Shown: positions 46,553-58,746 of the stretch, piece by piece
How the letters are laid out: each line of letters opens with the position of its first letter
Position numbering within the stretch: position 1 is the stretch's first letter
Assembly (NCBI GenBank): GCA_043228905.1
Contig: JBHGNT010000014.1
Coordinates: forward strand, 15,872,001 to 15,936,000
Source: Azolla caroliniana
Taxonomy: Eukaryota; Plantae; Polypodiophyta
Length of the DNA stretch: 64,000 nt
Direction of reading: 5' to 3'
Made by a program: the position numbers and the translations under genes
Notes under the pieces: model-generated
Databases searched by the model: none
What the model was told of the DNA's origin: nothing
The model's input: the letters and a program-made list of their open reading frames with translations, nothing else

Positions 46553-46989
46553 CAACAAGAAAAAAAGAGTGACCATATATGTTGTGTGGAATCATCTAGC
46601 AACCCCTAAGTGCCTAGGCGAGTTGGAATATTGGACTTATCTAGGCATATGATGGCTCATAGATTTCATTATTACAAGACGTGTTTAGACTCACAACCAC
46701 AAATACCTATTGTTCAATATTCATTGAGAATAAAGGTTTAACATATGGGAGGATAACGATTAAGGCTTCATGATGGCAATTATTGAATGGATGTATTTCA
46801 CTTAAGATTCATGGCTCTTCATGTGTTCAATACTTGGTTATCTCATGGCAAAAAACACTCTTTTTATGTGTATGGAATCCATCATCTAGTAGAGAGCATT
46901 GTAATTCTTTGCAAAAACAGTTAGTACTTGTCTTCTAAGTTATTATGTTGGCGTGGAAAGGAGAGATCGCACTCTTAGTTTAATCGTTT

Positions 46990-48300
46990 GTTTCGTTTTG
47001 GGGTCAAAGAGATGGGAGATGTAGTTGAAGCCCCATCTCAAAGAATTTTGGAGTTTGTTGAAGCGCGACAATTATTACACATCGTACATAATTATGGGTT
47101 TATTTGGCAACAATTACAAAATATTGCATGGATGCAAGGTCCTTTACCTTTACAAACAGGAGAACACACACGGATTGATTGGTGTTTACGGGGTCATACG
47201 TCATTTTTACAAGTGATTGCTAATCTTTTCTATCATTGCTTTGTCAAGTCACTTGGATTGCTATCATCTAAGGTTGAAGAAGAATGGAAAATACACAAAT
47301 CTGATCATGGGTAGTGGCAGATCGTAAAATGTTGTTGGCAGTCTAAATTGCCACTTGTAGCAAAGGTCTTCATTTGGGGAGTTTTGATTGGAGGATTTGC
47401 CTTTGGGATTAGCTCTAAAGCGTCGTGGACTGGACTAGCAACGAGTAATTGCTTCGTTTGCATTGTTGAAATGGAAGATAATACTCATCATTTTATACGA
47501 TGTCCGATTGCTTGTAAGATTTGGAGTTACATTTCTAAAAATTGACAAGTTTTATCACGGTGTTATTTGACTTGAGACAATGGGTGTTTGCACAATTTAC
47601 GCAGGTTGACCCAAAATCAATGTTATTTAACTTGAGACAGTGGGTGTTAGCACAATTTACACATGTTGATCCAAAATCAGAGATGGCAATCGTTTTCCAA
47701 TTTCTGAGGTATTGGGGATTGTGTCATAATTAATAGTCAGGATAGTTCGGTTTGAACCGAACCGAACCGCGAAACCATGGCTTAATGGTTTAAACGCTTC
47801 GGTTTAAGGTCATGTTTTTTTAAACGGTTCGGTTTGGTTTCAACAATTAGAAACCATGGTTTAAACGATTTAACAGTTTTATATTTTTAATTTTTAAAAA
47901 TTTTTAAAAACTTGTTTTTAAAGAATCTTTTCATTTTCAGGCCTTATTCTCACATTTTAGGAAAATCTTTAAAATTTTGAAAATGTAAAATTTAAATTAA
48001 TGAAATGTTTTAAATTTGAATTTTGACCTAAGTTGAAAACCAAAACCGAACCACGAAACCACGGTTTTAACAGTTTCGTGGTTTGGTTTGGTTCAGTTCA
48101 AGTTTCAAAAAATTTAAATGGTTCGATTTTGACACTCTCAAACCGAACCAAACTATTGCCGATTGTTAGTCATAATTGGGATATGCGGAATGCTTTTGTA
48201 TTTGATGGTAGGCATGGAGTCAAAGCATATCTGGGAAAGTTAAAGGGAGTACGAATGTGACAATTTTCTTTATTGGAGCAAGTGGGAAATTCAATTCTTT
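46990..48300 (+). mobile_element. Degenerate L1-clade LINE 3' fragment (zf-RVT region), interrupted by a MITE
   Basis: WQSKLPLVAKVFIW...CFVCIVEMEDNTHHFIRCPIACKIW. Removing the MITE restores WGLCHN/WDMRNAFVFDG. Confidence 0.75.
47731..48168. mobile_element. hAT-type MITE, copy 1
   Basis: TIRs TAATAGTCAGGATAGTTCGGTTTGA / TCAAACCGAACC...TTGCCGATTGTTA. 8-bp TSD GTCATAAT. Subterminal AACCG repeats. Confidence 0.92.
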
Positions 48301-48559
48301 CCTCACTGGAGTGTTCTTCTTTTGCCAATTGTACTCTATTGTGATGCCCATTGTAAGTATTGTAAGTATGTAGTGTTTTTCACACACATTTATTAATATA
48401 ATTGTGTTTGTCTTGCCTATTGTAGTCTATTGTGACGCCCACATTGTAATATGTATTGTAACTTGTACATATGTAGTGTTTTTCACACACATATATTAAC
48501 ACACACATTTATTAATATAATTGTGTGTTTTTGCCAAAAACACAAAAAGAGAGAGTAAG

Positions 48560-48835
48560 AGAGAGAAAGAAAGAAAGAAAGAAAGAAAGATATATTAACG
48601 TCTTGTAAGGCCAAAAATTGGCCCATGAGACAAATGGTTACAACAAAAGATGGGATACTTTTTTTGGAAAAAAAAAGAAAAGAAAAATTGGCCCATGACA
48701 CAAATGGTTTAAAAAAAAGGGATATTTTTTTTTGGAAAAAAAAGAAAAAAAGAAAAGAAAAGAAAAGAAAAAAAAGGGATATTTACCTATTCATCGAAAA
48801 TACAAAATAAAAATAGAGTTTTAAGCTAAATAGTG
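48560..48835 (-). mobile_element. Truncated copy of the 23150-23677 retroposon in a GA microsatellite upstream of the PPR gene
   Basis: Shares gatatattaa..gtctt..aaggccaaaattggcccatgagacaaatgg and gggatatttacc.attcatcgaaa...taagctaaatagt. Internally rearranged with poly-A/T runs. Confidence 0.75.
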
Positions 48836-48933
48836 AGAAACATACTAAGAGAGAGACAGAAAGAGTAAGAGAGAGATAGAAACAGAGTGAGAGAGAGACA
48901 GAAAGAGTGAGAGAGAGAAAGAGAGATAGATAG

Positions 48934-48970
<37 letters not shown>

Positions 48971-49096
48971 TCCCTGAATCATACATATATTTGTGTGAGC
49001 ATGATATAGTGTTTCGCTGCAGTAATGGATATGAAATGAGACGTCAAAATTGGCATTGGAATTCTATGAGATGTATGTGTATCGCAGTTGCAGAGC

Positions 49097-50923
49097 ATGG
49101 CTGCTGCTTGTCTCCTACCTTCAACACATTTCGATCACAGCAGCAGGAGCTCGGTACAACAACCATCACCACCGTCTTTGTTGTCATCCTCCTCCTCATT
49201 TTCTTTGCCTTCATGGACCCAAAAGTTGAAAGGAAAGGCATCCCAGGAGAGGTCAAATCCTGGAATTCTCCATGGACTGGTACGTCTAGATCGGAACTCT
49301 CTTTTAGACCTTATCAAATCCTGTGGGAAACGAAAAGACCTGTACACGGCCAAATTGATCCATGCCCATGTCCTAAACAATGACGTGTTATCAAAGGACA
49401 CTTGTATTAGCAATGCCTTGCTTACCATGTATACCAAATGTGGGGCTTTCTGTGAAGCACTAGATGTGTTTCAACATACTCCTTCTCGGAATATTGTGTC
49501 GTGGAATTCACTCATATCTGGATATGCTCAGCTAGGGTTTGGTCATGAAGCTCTCCATTGTTTCAAACAGATGAAACATGAGACTAATTTGACCCCAAAT
49601 GCAGTTACCTTTATTTGTGTTTTGAAAGCTTGCAGCAGCATACGGTGTGCTGAGATGGGAGAAGAGATATATGCAGAGGTGAGAAAGAAGGGACTATTAG
49701 AGGAAAACATTATATTAGGGAATGCAGTGTTGGATATGTATTCCAAATGTAACATGCTCACAAAAGCACAACGAGTTTTTGATGAGCTCCTGACTCGGGA
49801 TGTCGTATCGTGGAATTCAATGATCACTGCATATAACCAACATGGGCTTAGTAATGAAGCTCTCAAATGCTTCAGAAAAATGCAAGAGGAGGCCCTTTCT
49901 CCTGATTTGATCACATACATTTGCGTTTTGAAAGCTTGTGGTAGCATAAAATCTCTCAGAATGGGAGAAGAGATATATGTAACAGCTACAAAGCAGAGCA
50001 TATTGAAAGATAATATCTTGTTTGGTACTGCATTAGTGGATATGTACGGAAAATGTGGAAGGGTTAGAAATGCACAAGAAGTATTCGATGAGCTTCCAAT
50101 GTGGAATGTTGCTTCTTGGACTGCATTGATGGCTGGTTATGTTCAAGAAGGGCTTGCTGATGAAGCTCTAACCTGCTTTGTGAAGATGCAGAAAGAGGGC
50201 TTCTCTCCAGATGCCATCACTTTTGTGTCTGTTTTGAAAGCTTGTGGAAGTGCCGGATTCCTGGAAATGGGAGAAGACATACACACTGAAATCAGCAAGC
50301 AAGGTTTGTTAGAAAAAGATATTTTCCTTGGTACTGCGCTGGTAGATATGTATGCCAAATGTGGTGTGCTCCAAAAGGCACGAGAAGTCTTCCATGAGCT
50401 TTCTATGCAAAATGTCACATCCTGCACAGCGTTAATGGCTGGGTATGCCCTCTTGGGCAAGGAGAAAAAGGTTTTTGACTTGTTCAGGGAAATGGTAGCA
50501 GAAGGTATGACTCCAGATCTGGTTATTTTTGTGGTTTTGTTGAGTGCATGCAGTCATGGAGGTCGAGTGGAAGAGGGCCGAACAATCTTTTATGGTACAC
50601 ACACTTTCTACTGTTCAGTACCAGCTATCGAACTGAACAACTGTATGGTTGACCTTCTTAGTGGTGCTGGGCATTTTGATCAAGCATTAGAACTGATTGA
50701 AAAAGTTCCATCTTCTGATCGTCTTGAATTGTGGCTTTCTCTGTTAGGTGCTTGTCAGAAGTGGGCAAATATAGAACTCGGGGAGTGGACCTTTCGGCAA
50801 ATACTACAACTGGATGAGAGATGTGCTGCTGCATATGTCTGCATGGGAAACATATTTGCAGCTGCTGGCATGCACAAGGAAGCAAAACATGTGCTTCTCC
50901 GAGAAACAAAAGTGCAGTTGTGA
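49097..50923 (+). CDS. Intronless PLS-class pentatricopeptide repeat protein with E domain and no DYW (organellar RNA-editing factor type)
   Basis: Four P-L-S triplets (NALLTMYTKCG / VSWNSLISGY / TFICVLKAC), then VLLSACSHGG, CMVDLL..AG, WLSLLGAC and AYVCMGNIFAAAG. Ser/Pro-rich N-terminal transit peptide. First ATG at 49097. Confidence 0.93.
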   Translation: MAAACLLPSTHFDHSSRSSVQQPSPPSLLSSSSSFSLPSWTQKLKGKASQERSNPGILHGLVRLDRNSLLDLIKSCGKRKDLYTAKLIHAHVLNNDVLSKDTCISNALLTMYTKCGAFCEALDVFQHTPSRNIVSWNSLISGYAQLGFGHEALHCFKQMKHETNLTPNAVTFICVLKACSSIRCAEMGEEIYAEVRKKGLLEENIILGNAVLDMYSKCNMLTKAQRVFDELLTRDVVSWNSMITAYNQHGLSNEALKCFRKMQEEALSPDLITYICVLKACGSIKSLRMGEEIYVTATKQSILKDNILFGTALVDMYGKCGRVRNAQEVFDELPMWNVASWTALMAGYVQEGLADEALTCFVKMQKEGFSPDAITFVSVLKACGSAGFLEMGEDIHTEISKQGLLEKDIFLGTALVDMYAKCGVLQKAREVFHELSMQNVTSCTALMAGYALLGKEKKVFDLFREMVAEGMTPDLVIFVVLLSACSHGGRVEEGRTIFYGTHTFYCSVPAIELNNCMVDLLSGAGHFDQALELIEKVPSSDRLELWLSLLGACQKWANIELGEWTFRQILQLDERCAAAYVCMGNIFAAAGMHKEAKHVLLRETKVQL

Positions 50924-51888
50924 AAGGTGTGTGGACTGACAACAAATGTGAAGCCCAGGGGTTGGACCTTCAAACATTAAGAATTATCAAGCAAATGAGT
51001 TATTTCTTTTGAATGAAAATTTAATGTTGAAGATGTTATCCAGAGCCATGTGGAAGAAGCAGTATGCAAGATAGAATGCACTAGAAATATGATTCTGATA
51101 TTTGGAGTGGATGACAATAATCATTTAAAATCTATTAAATGCGGATGTCGTAAATGTAAACCTTGCTGTTCTGTTGTCGTTTTGATTAGAGGTGAAAGGG
51201 CTTGCAAGAGTGACAACATGAGTCACCATCTGCATCACATTGCATTGTTGGATGTAAGTGAAATTGTAGTTTTTATCCACATTCTTGTGAGGGGGTGATT
51301 GAAGCATTGCGCGAAGAAGGTTTCGAAATCAATGGAATCACGAGAACACACATGGAAGTAAGGATGACTTAATGGTCATTCAACTTCATGCATATTAGGA
51401 TTGAGATATCGTTGATATTTTGCACATAAGGAGAATGTGGCCTAGTAAATTTCAGCATCGATGCCTACAAGGACATGACCAAGAATGCCAGTTTAAAATC
51501 TTTGGTATGTTGAACTTTAATATTCTTCTCTCTTGTTCTCCCTTCATGCAAAGTAAAGAGAATTCAAGTGTTGCATGCTGTTTTTTTGGTGAGCATTCAC
51601 CTTGCTTGACAAAACTGTCAACTGAAGCATATCCTCAATCAAGTCCAGCTTGCAACACAGCAATAACAAAAGTGTCTGCCTAAGGTAGAGAGTGTTTAGT
51701 CCTGGGTTGGTAAGTATTTATTAGAGTTCGCTCTTATAAAAAAGGTTTAGGATTTATTAGATGACTGGGCTCTGCCATCCCATGGAGCCCCAAGCAGCAG
51801 TATAAGTGGATGCAATAACTGAAGGATTGACTAATAGCAGGGTCCAGGGTCCATGTGCCAACCTACTATAGAGTTGCCAATGGATTAA

Positions 51889-52210
51889 ACTCCTATCAGA
51901 GGAAGGGGTAACACTCACTTATTAGTTCTTTGCAACCGGCAGTCACTATTGACCACACTCCTATCCAAGGAAGGGGTATCAGTCATTTACCAGTTCTTTA
52001 CAACAGGCTGCCACTATTCACCACTCCTACCCAAGGAAGGGGTATCAGTCATTTATCAGATGGTTATCTAATTCATGCAAAGCTTCTTTATAAACAATAG
52101 CTCCGTAAACTCACATTCCTATCCAAGGAAGGGGTATCAGTCATTTATCAGTTGATTATCTAATTCATGCAAAGCTTCTTTATAAACAATAGCTCTGTAA
52201 ACTCACATTC
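51889..52210. repeat. Degenerate ~67-bp minisatellite with a nested ~91-bp duplication
   Basis: (a)ctcctatccaaggaaggggtatcagtcattta recurs at ~51889, 51956, 52023 and 52115. Confidence 0.85.
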
Positions 52211-53584
52211 CATTTGAGGTGTATTTATATTGCATATGTGAATTTTCCTATACATCTCATAATGCAATCTGCAAGCAAGAAAAACACATTCTTGTTGGGC
52301 ACATAGATCACTTTGATGGGATTCTTGCGTAAGTTATCCTAGAAACATGCCAAAGTGTACAATGTACAATGCAATGAGTATCATATTTGTGGCAAACTCT
52401 TCCATGACTTGGATATGGGTTTTTTTGGCCACTTTTTCTACATTGTTTTTTCATTTCGATTGCCCTTTGATGCCAATGGATTAATAATTAGTTAGAATAT
52501 ATCTTGCATCGCATAAGGCACATTTCTTAGTTTCTTTCAAACCTCACTATAATGCTTAATTCTAGTTACTTGCAATTTTCTCGTTATATATGCCAACTGT
52601 AATCAAGTGATTCTTTGGTTTGTTCCACACACAAAAAAATACTATTAGATGGAACCTATTATGCAATGATTATAAAATTTCACCCTTTTTTCTGCAATGA
52701 GCTCAATCCCTTAGATGCACATGATAATTCCATCACTGCCCTTTGGCAAGAAAGCAAAATGAGGCAATTCTGAGTTTCCCATCATACACTGGTTCAAGCA
52801 TTTCTCCTTGAACCTTTACTTTTCAGCACTTAACCCTGTATATTGCTCTTAGTACATCAGGATGTTTAAATGTGTATTTATTTTCTGGGCAATTAAATGT
52901 ATAAGTTTAACATATTGTATGGTACAAGAGCTACAATGTGCCCTTGCTGTATTGACAACGATATGACTAAACATCACATCTACCCATGATCTTTCCCTGT
53001 TCTAGTAGGCTATCATGAAATTTAAATAACAAAGCACACATGAATTCAAGCTTGAGAATTATCACATTAGAGATTTTGATCACTGATAACTTCTACCTAA
53101 ATGATCACAGCAGTTTGAACAAGAATTTGTTATGCTTACACTAACAAAAAAAGAGATGATAATGTCTCTACTTCCTTGAGGTTAAAAAAATGTTTTCATT
53201 TATTCCCCTTCATAATTTTACATCAATTTTAGAGACTAATCTCATAGAGTAATTGCATAGCTCTCAAATGGTACACAGTCGAAATGTCATCCATGGCTAT
53301 ATGTTCCCTACACAACTCAACGGGGGTCCAATCCCCAGGGCTTCACTTGTAGATATCGCAGATTAGAAGGAAAAAAAGTGAGTGCATAAAAAAGAGAAAA
53401 TATCGAGTCAATATTAATGTGCACTAGATGGATTCCCAAATTTACTGTCATTCACATTAACTGTCCTTTTCTTATATATCAAATATAGCAGAATGTCTGC
53501 ACCAGAAAGAAAATGTGCACCCTTAAATTAGATGTATGACATACAATAGACCTGTTTTCCATTACAACAGCCTGTGTCGTAGTT

Positions 53585-56500
53585 TTAAGCTTCTTTATCA
53601 GCATCTTGAAACTCATAAAGTTGACGGATATTTCCTGAAGCTGCAAATGTGCTTGTTAAGTACACATGTTTTAACAACTAACCATTTCTTTAATCTAGGA
53701 TCAATACCCCTCTTTACTACTTTCCATAATGGATGGAACAGATCCAAATTGCAATCTACTTACTGTAAAGCCATTCTCGAAAATGAACATGGATAGCTTG
53801 TGATAAATCTTGCCTCTTGCTCTCATCAATTGGTACAGTCTTCAAGGTCTGTCTCAAGGTGTCCACAGCTCTGTTCTGTAAATGAACGAAGATTCAATAA
53901 AAATAACTCATAAATTGTAGTCTGTGATGTGCAGAGTCAATACAGGTGATAAGAACCATCAAGAGTTATGTGCCATATAAGAGGGTATTATTTATAAGCT
54001 CTAATAACCACCTGGGCCACACACCAAGACGATAATTTTAAGCCAAAACTCTGAAAGCTTATCACTCTCACTCAAACCAATGACTCGCCTTACGCAACAA
54101 AGTAACATATACCAAGCTAGACTGATACCTTCTGCTGCTGAGCAGCCAAGTAAGCTTTCGGTAATGGGAATGGATTGGCTTCTGTGATCGGCTGCTCAAT
54201 AGGATCAGGATGATCCCATTTAGGAATCTGCAGTTACAAAACCTAAAGTAAGACAAATGAAATATCTTGAATTCATTGAAAAAAAGCATAAGAAATACAT
54301 ACCACAAAGTTTGTGTATTTATCAGGTGGCAGAAGTGATGCATCTTCTGCCTTTGCATCAGCAACACCTGCTGCATGTGGAAGAGAATCATGAGGGTCTA
54401 AAATTCCAAGTGTCAGGAACTTGTCCCACTTATTAACTGCTGGATTGATACCAACTTGAGCCAGATGTGCCTCCAATCTTGGATAGAAGGTATTATACGG
54501 TGCCAACTGTGAAAAACAGGTATAACATTAACTAAATATAAACATAATAAAGAGGCTTCCACAGCAATATTACAAGAAATTAAACCTACTTGTGGCCAAA
54601 CTGGCGAAGAGATCGAAACATGTTACAATCAAATGACATGTGCTATCTCATTGATACAGAAAAAAACTAATTCAGTGACTATATTATGTCAATGAAATAG
54701 TTATCCAGGTACTGAGAAAGACTCAGAGGACCTTTATGACAATTGAAGTTCTTAATGACAGATTGCAACCTAAGCAAATTTAGAGTAAGACTGAACCAGC
54801 CCAGGTAGTCAACAGGTAGAGCATGGGATGCATAGGAAGAGGCCGAGGCAAGAAGTCCTAGTTAACTGAAATGTCACAAGCATCCCTTGTAGTCTAACAG
54901 CAAAATTGGTTTATAAAGCATTGTCCACGTATGGACAATCAGGAGCGTGACAGCAACCAATTGGGAATAGACCTACAGAACTTATGGCATTGACCTCAAT
55001 GGGATCAATAATACATGGCGATCATGAGGGAGCTGCTTAGCACGTACTAACAGACCAGATCTAAAACTAACCATAGCGGTGTATGACTGACATGACTGCT
55101 AACAGTCGACAATGGAACCGCGGCTTAACGGTTTAAACAGTTCGGTTCGGTTTGGTTTCAACATTTAGAAACCATGGTTTAAACGGTTTTTAATTTTTTA
55201 ATTTTAAAAATTTGTTTTTAAACAATCTTTTCATTTTCAGGCCTTATTCTCACATTTTAGGAAAATCTTAAAAACTTTGAAAATTTCAAATAATGAAATA
55301 TTTAAAAATTTAAAAATTGAAAATTGACCTAAGTTGAAAACCAAAACCGAACCACGAAACCATGGTTTTAACGGTTCAGTTTAATGGTTTCGTAGTTCGG
55401 TTCAGGTTTCAAAATTTTTAAATGGTTCAGTTTCAAACCGGTTCGGTTTTGACACTCTCAAACCGAACCGTTGCCGATTGTTAATGACTGCAGTGTCTTC
55501 TGCAGCCACACACGCCAAATCTAGAACAAACCCAGAAACCACTAGTAGTTGGTTGAGGTTTCTAGACCATCTTTTCTCCTTGCCTACTGTACTTTCAAGA
55601 GCTCGACATGCTGTATCCATTTGATACAAGTTTTATGAGGGCACAAGAGCCAAGGAGCATATGGCCACATTCCCGTCCTACTCTAGATTTGGAATCACCT
55701 AGTACATCTCCTTGACAGCCAAGCTGCCAGCTGCTATAATTGACTACCATGGGCTGTCTCCCCAAAACCCCCAGCCTCACTTGAAGTGATCCTTGATGAA
55801 CAATAGTGCCACCATAGATGCACCAAACTTGCCAACCCCACCGCAGTATTTCTGATGCAAACAACGTGGCACACTGCAATTACAAATGTTTGTCCCTCCT
55901 ACCCAGCAACACAAGAAGAGGACCCACCACCAATTTCATTGGCACCAGTACTGCTGATATCCCACAAGTCTGGATATGGAATCAGACGATGGCCATGGAT
56001 TCCTGGATCACCCAAGAAGCAATCTGCTAGAAAGGGAATTGATTCCATCTATAGGTGAAAATGGATACTCTTCATACCCTCCTTGATCTCACGGCAGCTC
56101 TTGATTTGGAGCTCCATCGGATGGATGTAAGACTATGTTCTTGCATGGTGATTTGTATGAAGACTGTAAATGAAGCTATTCAAGCATTAGGAGAGACATG
56201 TATGTTCGTGTATGTTCACACAAGTGACATTTAGTGTCAATGTGACATACCCTCATGGGACAGATGTTGAGCATCTTTCGATGACATTAGAACAACTATA
56301 GTGGCCAAACTACACAACCCATGTCCAAATATTGTAAACACACACATGTACATGCTCATAGCAATTAATGGTTATGTATCTCCCAAATGTATATCGCAGA
56401 GATCCTACCTCTACAGATACTGCCAAGCCTCTACAACGGAGAAATAAATACCTGTAAATTGTGATTTTCGCCGAGTATAAGTGGTTTTTGGTTCACTGCC

Positions 56501-58329
56501 ATGTAAAGTACACATTCTCGACAATTTACAATGCATATACGAGTACTTGAGACAATCAGCTGCACCCGCTCGCAATGCTCAATCCGCACTACCTGCCAAA
56601 AACAATAATCGCAGAATTCAATGAGCAAAAATATAAATATATAAATGGAACATGGACTTGCCCACTGTTATAAGTATAGAATAGCTTTTACGGCACACGC
56701 AAACCATTGAAGGACAGAATGAATTTAGAAGTTTTGTGCAGGTTTTTTCCATATAGCTCCAAAAGTATCCTATATAAGCCATTTAATAATGAGAACAGGG
56801 TAATCAAGATCCCTCACTTCAAGAGTAGATTCTTGATGGTTTAGTTGGTCAGCGATAGATTCCAAGTGGCTCTAATCTCTGACAAACTCGGGAACATAAA
56901 GGTACATCTAGACACAGCTCATAATCTCAACTAGTTACTGTCACGTCTATAACAAACTTTTTCTAGTAAACGTATCTCACAAGAAAGTTTGTCAACCTTT
57001 CCACAACATCTCATGCTTCTGTTCTGGAATCTCCAATTTTTGAGAATATTTTGATCTAACCAACAGTCAGTTTTATAACACTCTACAAACTCATCCATAG
57101 GAATATGATAAGTTCATCTGTAACTCAAAAATGATTAATCTACTTGCAGGTTCTCATGGTTTAAATGATATTATGGGATACAGGTTCTCATGGTTTCTCA
57201 GATGAAAAGTCAAGAGATAATGCAATATTTGTATATTAAGGGATTGGGAGTAGAGGTTCTCATTCTGAGATGACAACTCAGCAGGTAACCAATGATACAT
57301 CATTAAATGGCATATATGTGCGCTATTCAGGACAATGAAGCATGACAAACCAAATCGATCAGTATCGACTATATCTGGCACACTGCTGCACTGCTAGAGG
57401 CATATTTCCAGCCAAAACAAATATAAAGAAAACACAATCTTTTACGTGGACCACTTGTAAGGTCAAATAAAAACTACTGAATAAATGAATGAATAACACC
57501 ACACATTTTTCTCACCTTTTCCACAGCCCCAAGAACAATGATAGAGTCAGAGCACCCATAAATAGAAGCATACTTAATTGGAGCCAAGACATAAACAGCA
57601 GAGTCGTGACAATTGACAACCTGCACAATAATTTGGCATTAAAGAAAAAATGCAATTTACACGCCTATTTCTAAAAGAAAATTTAGTTTCTTATCAAGGA
57701 AAATAAAGTTTCAGACAAAAATAACATCAAAGTATTTCACTACAGCTAACTATGTTTGAGACAGGTATTATCTTTGTAAAGTCTTTATCTAATGTACGCC
57801 TCAAAACCAACCTTATATCAATTGCATCTACCTACTCCTATTCCAATCAATCACTACCAATTGAATAAAATCACCATAAAAACAGACAACTTACTTGTCC
57901 TTAAAAACTAAATAATTTGAATAGAGAATTTCAAAATGATCCCACCTTGACTGAACCTCGGTTGATGTCTTTCTCATCCTTCAGAATTGAAGCTTTAGAT
58001 ACACCATCAACAAATGTCAAGTCTTCCTTTCCAACATAAAGACCACCTTCAGTTGATGACAATAATGGGATGCCAACACAAGCATCAACCATTGTTACAT
58101 CATCCACTTCCCTCTCTGGTCCAAATTCTTTACACCTCTGTTGCGGTGCAGCTGACACATGTTCTAACACCCAATCAACAACTACTTGCAAAGTAACTGG
58201 AGCAGCAGGCATATCAGGATCAGAATTTGCAAAAAAAGGTGCGGATTGACTGAGAAGCACATTCTCTGTGTCCTTCCCTTCATATTTGAGAAGAAATCCA
58301 AGGTGATTGAATTGTTCAAGTGAGATTAC
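53585..58329 (-). CDS. TBCCD1: 5'-partial TBCC domain-containing protein 1 (C-CAP/tubulin cofactor C-like)
   Basis: Exons 58329-57946, 57620-57516, 56592-56452, 54506-54303, 54227-54113, 53875-53764 and 53640-53585. Motifs LSQSAPFFANSDPDMPAAPV, NCHDSAVYVLAP, GCSDSIIVLGAV, LAPYNTFY and EWLYTSGNIRQLY. Upstream exons presumably lie beyond the copia nest. Confidence 0.92.
55100..55483. mobile_element. hAT-type MITE, copy 2 (TBCC intron)
   Basis: TAACAGTCGACAA...TTGCCGATTGTTA ends with an 8-bp TSD ATGACTGC. Colinear with 47731-48168. Confidence 0.92.
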
Positions 58330-58746
58330 CTACCATGCCAGCAAAACATGAGTTCAGTAAGAAATAATGACTAAATTGTTGATGTTTGTGAAGCCAAAAG
58401 TTTGAACCAATATGATAGTTATTTAACTGTTTGAAGTTACACAGCTTACTCTATTTGTAAGGGACAATACGGAAGAATAACCAAGAGTATCAGACTTACC
58501 TGATCCATCAGATAGGACAACAAGGGCTCAATCCACAAGCAGACTGTTAAAAAATGATGCTTACTACTACATACCTAGAGATAGAGATAAATACCATTAT
58601 AGAACTTTCATTATCATTAAGATTCTAAATTTTTGCACGTTTCTGAAAATATGTTCCAGAACTAAATTTGACTCTCATATTGTTTTTGAAATGACATTTC
58701 AGTACAGTGATGCAGATTTGCATGACTGCACAGGTCAAGGTATTAT

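Noticed and set aside
49135-50973. Antisense ORFs overlapping the PPR gene
   Set aside because: Shadow ORFs of the repetitive sense CDS.
51889-52210. CRISPR-like repeat-spacer pattern
   Set aside because: Eukaryotic context, the spacers are similar to each other and there are no cas genes. It is a minisatellite.
58500-58543. Possible small upstream TBCC exon (AG...CAG|GTAAGT)
   Set aside because: The translation does not resemble the family and two of three frames have stops. Left out of the model.
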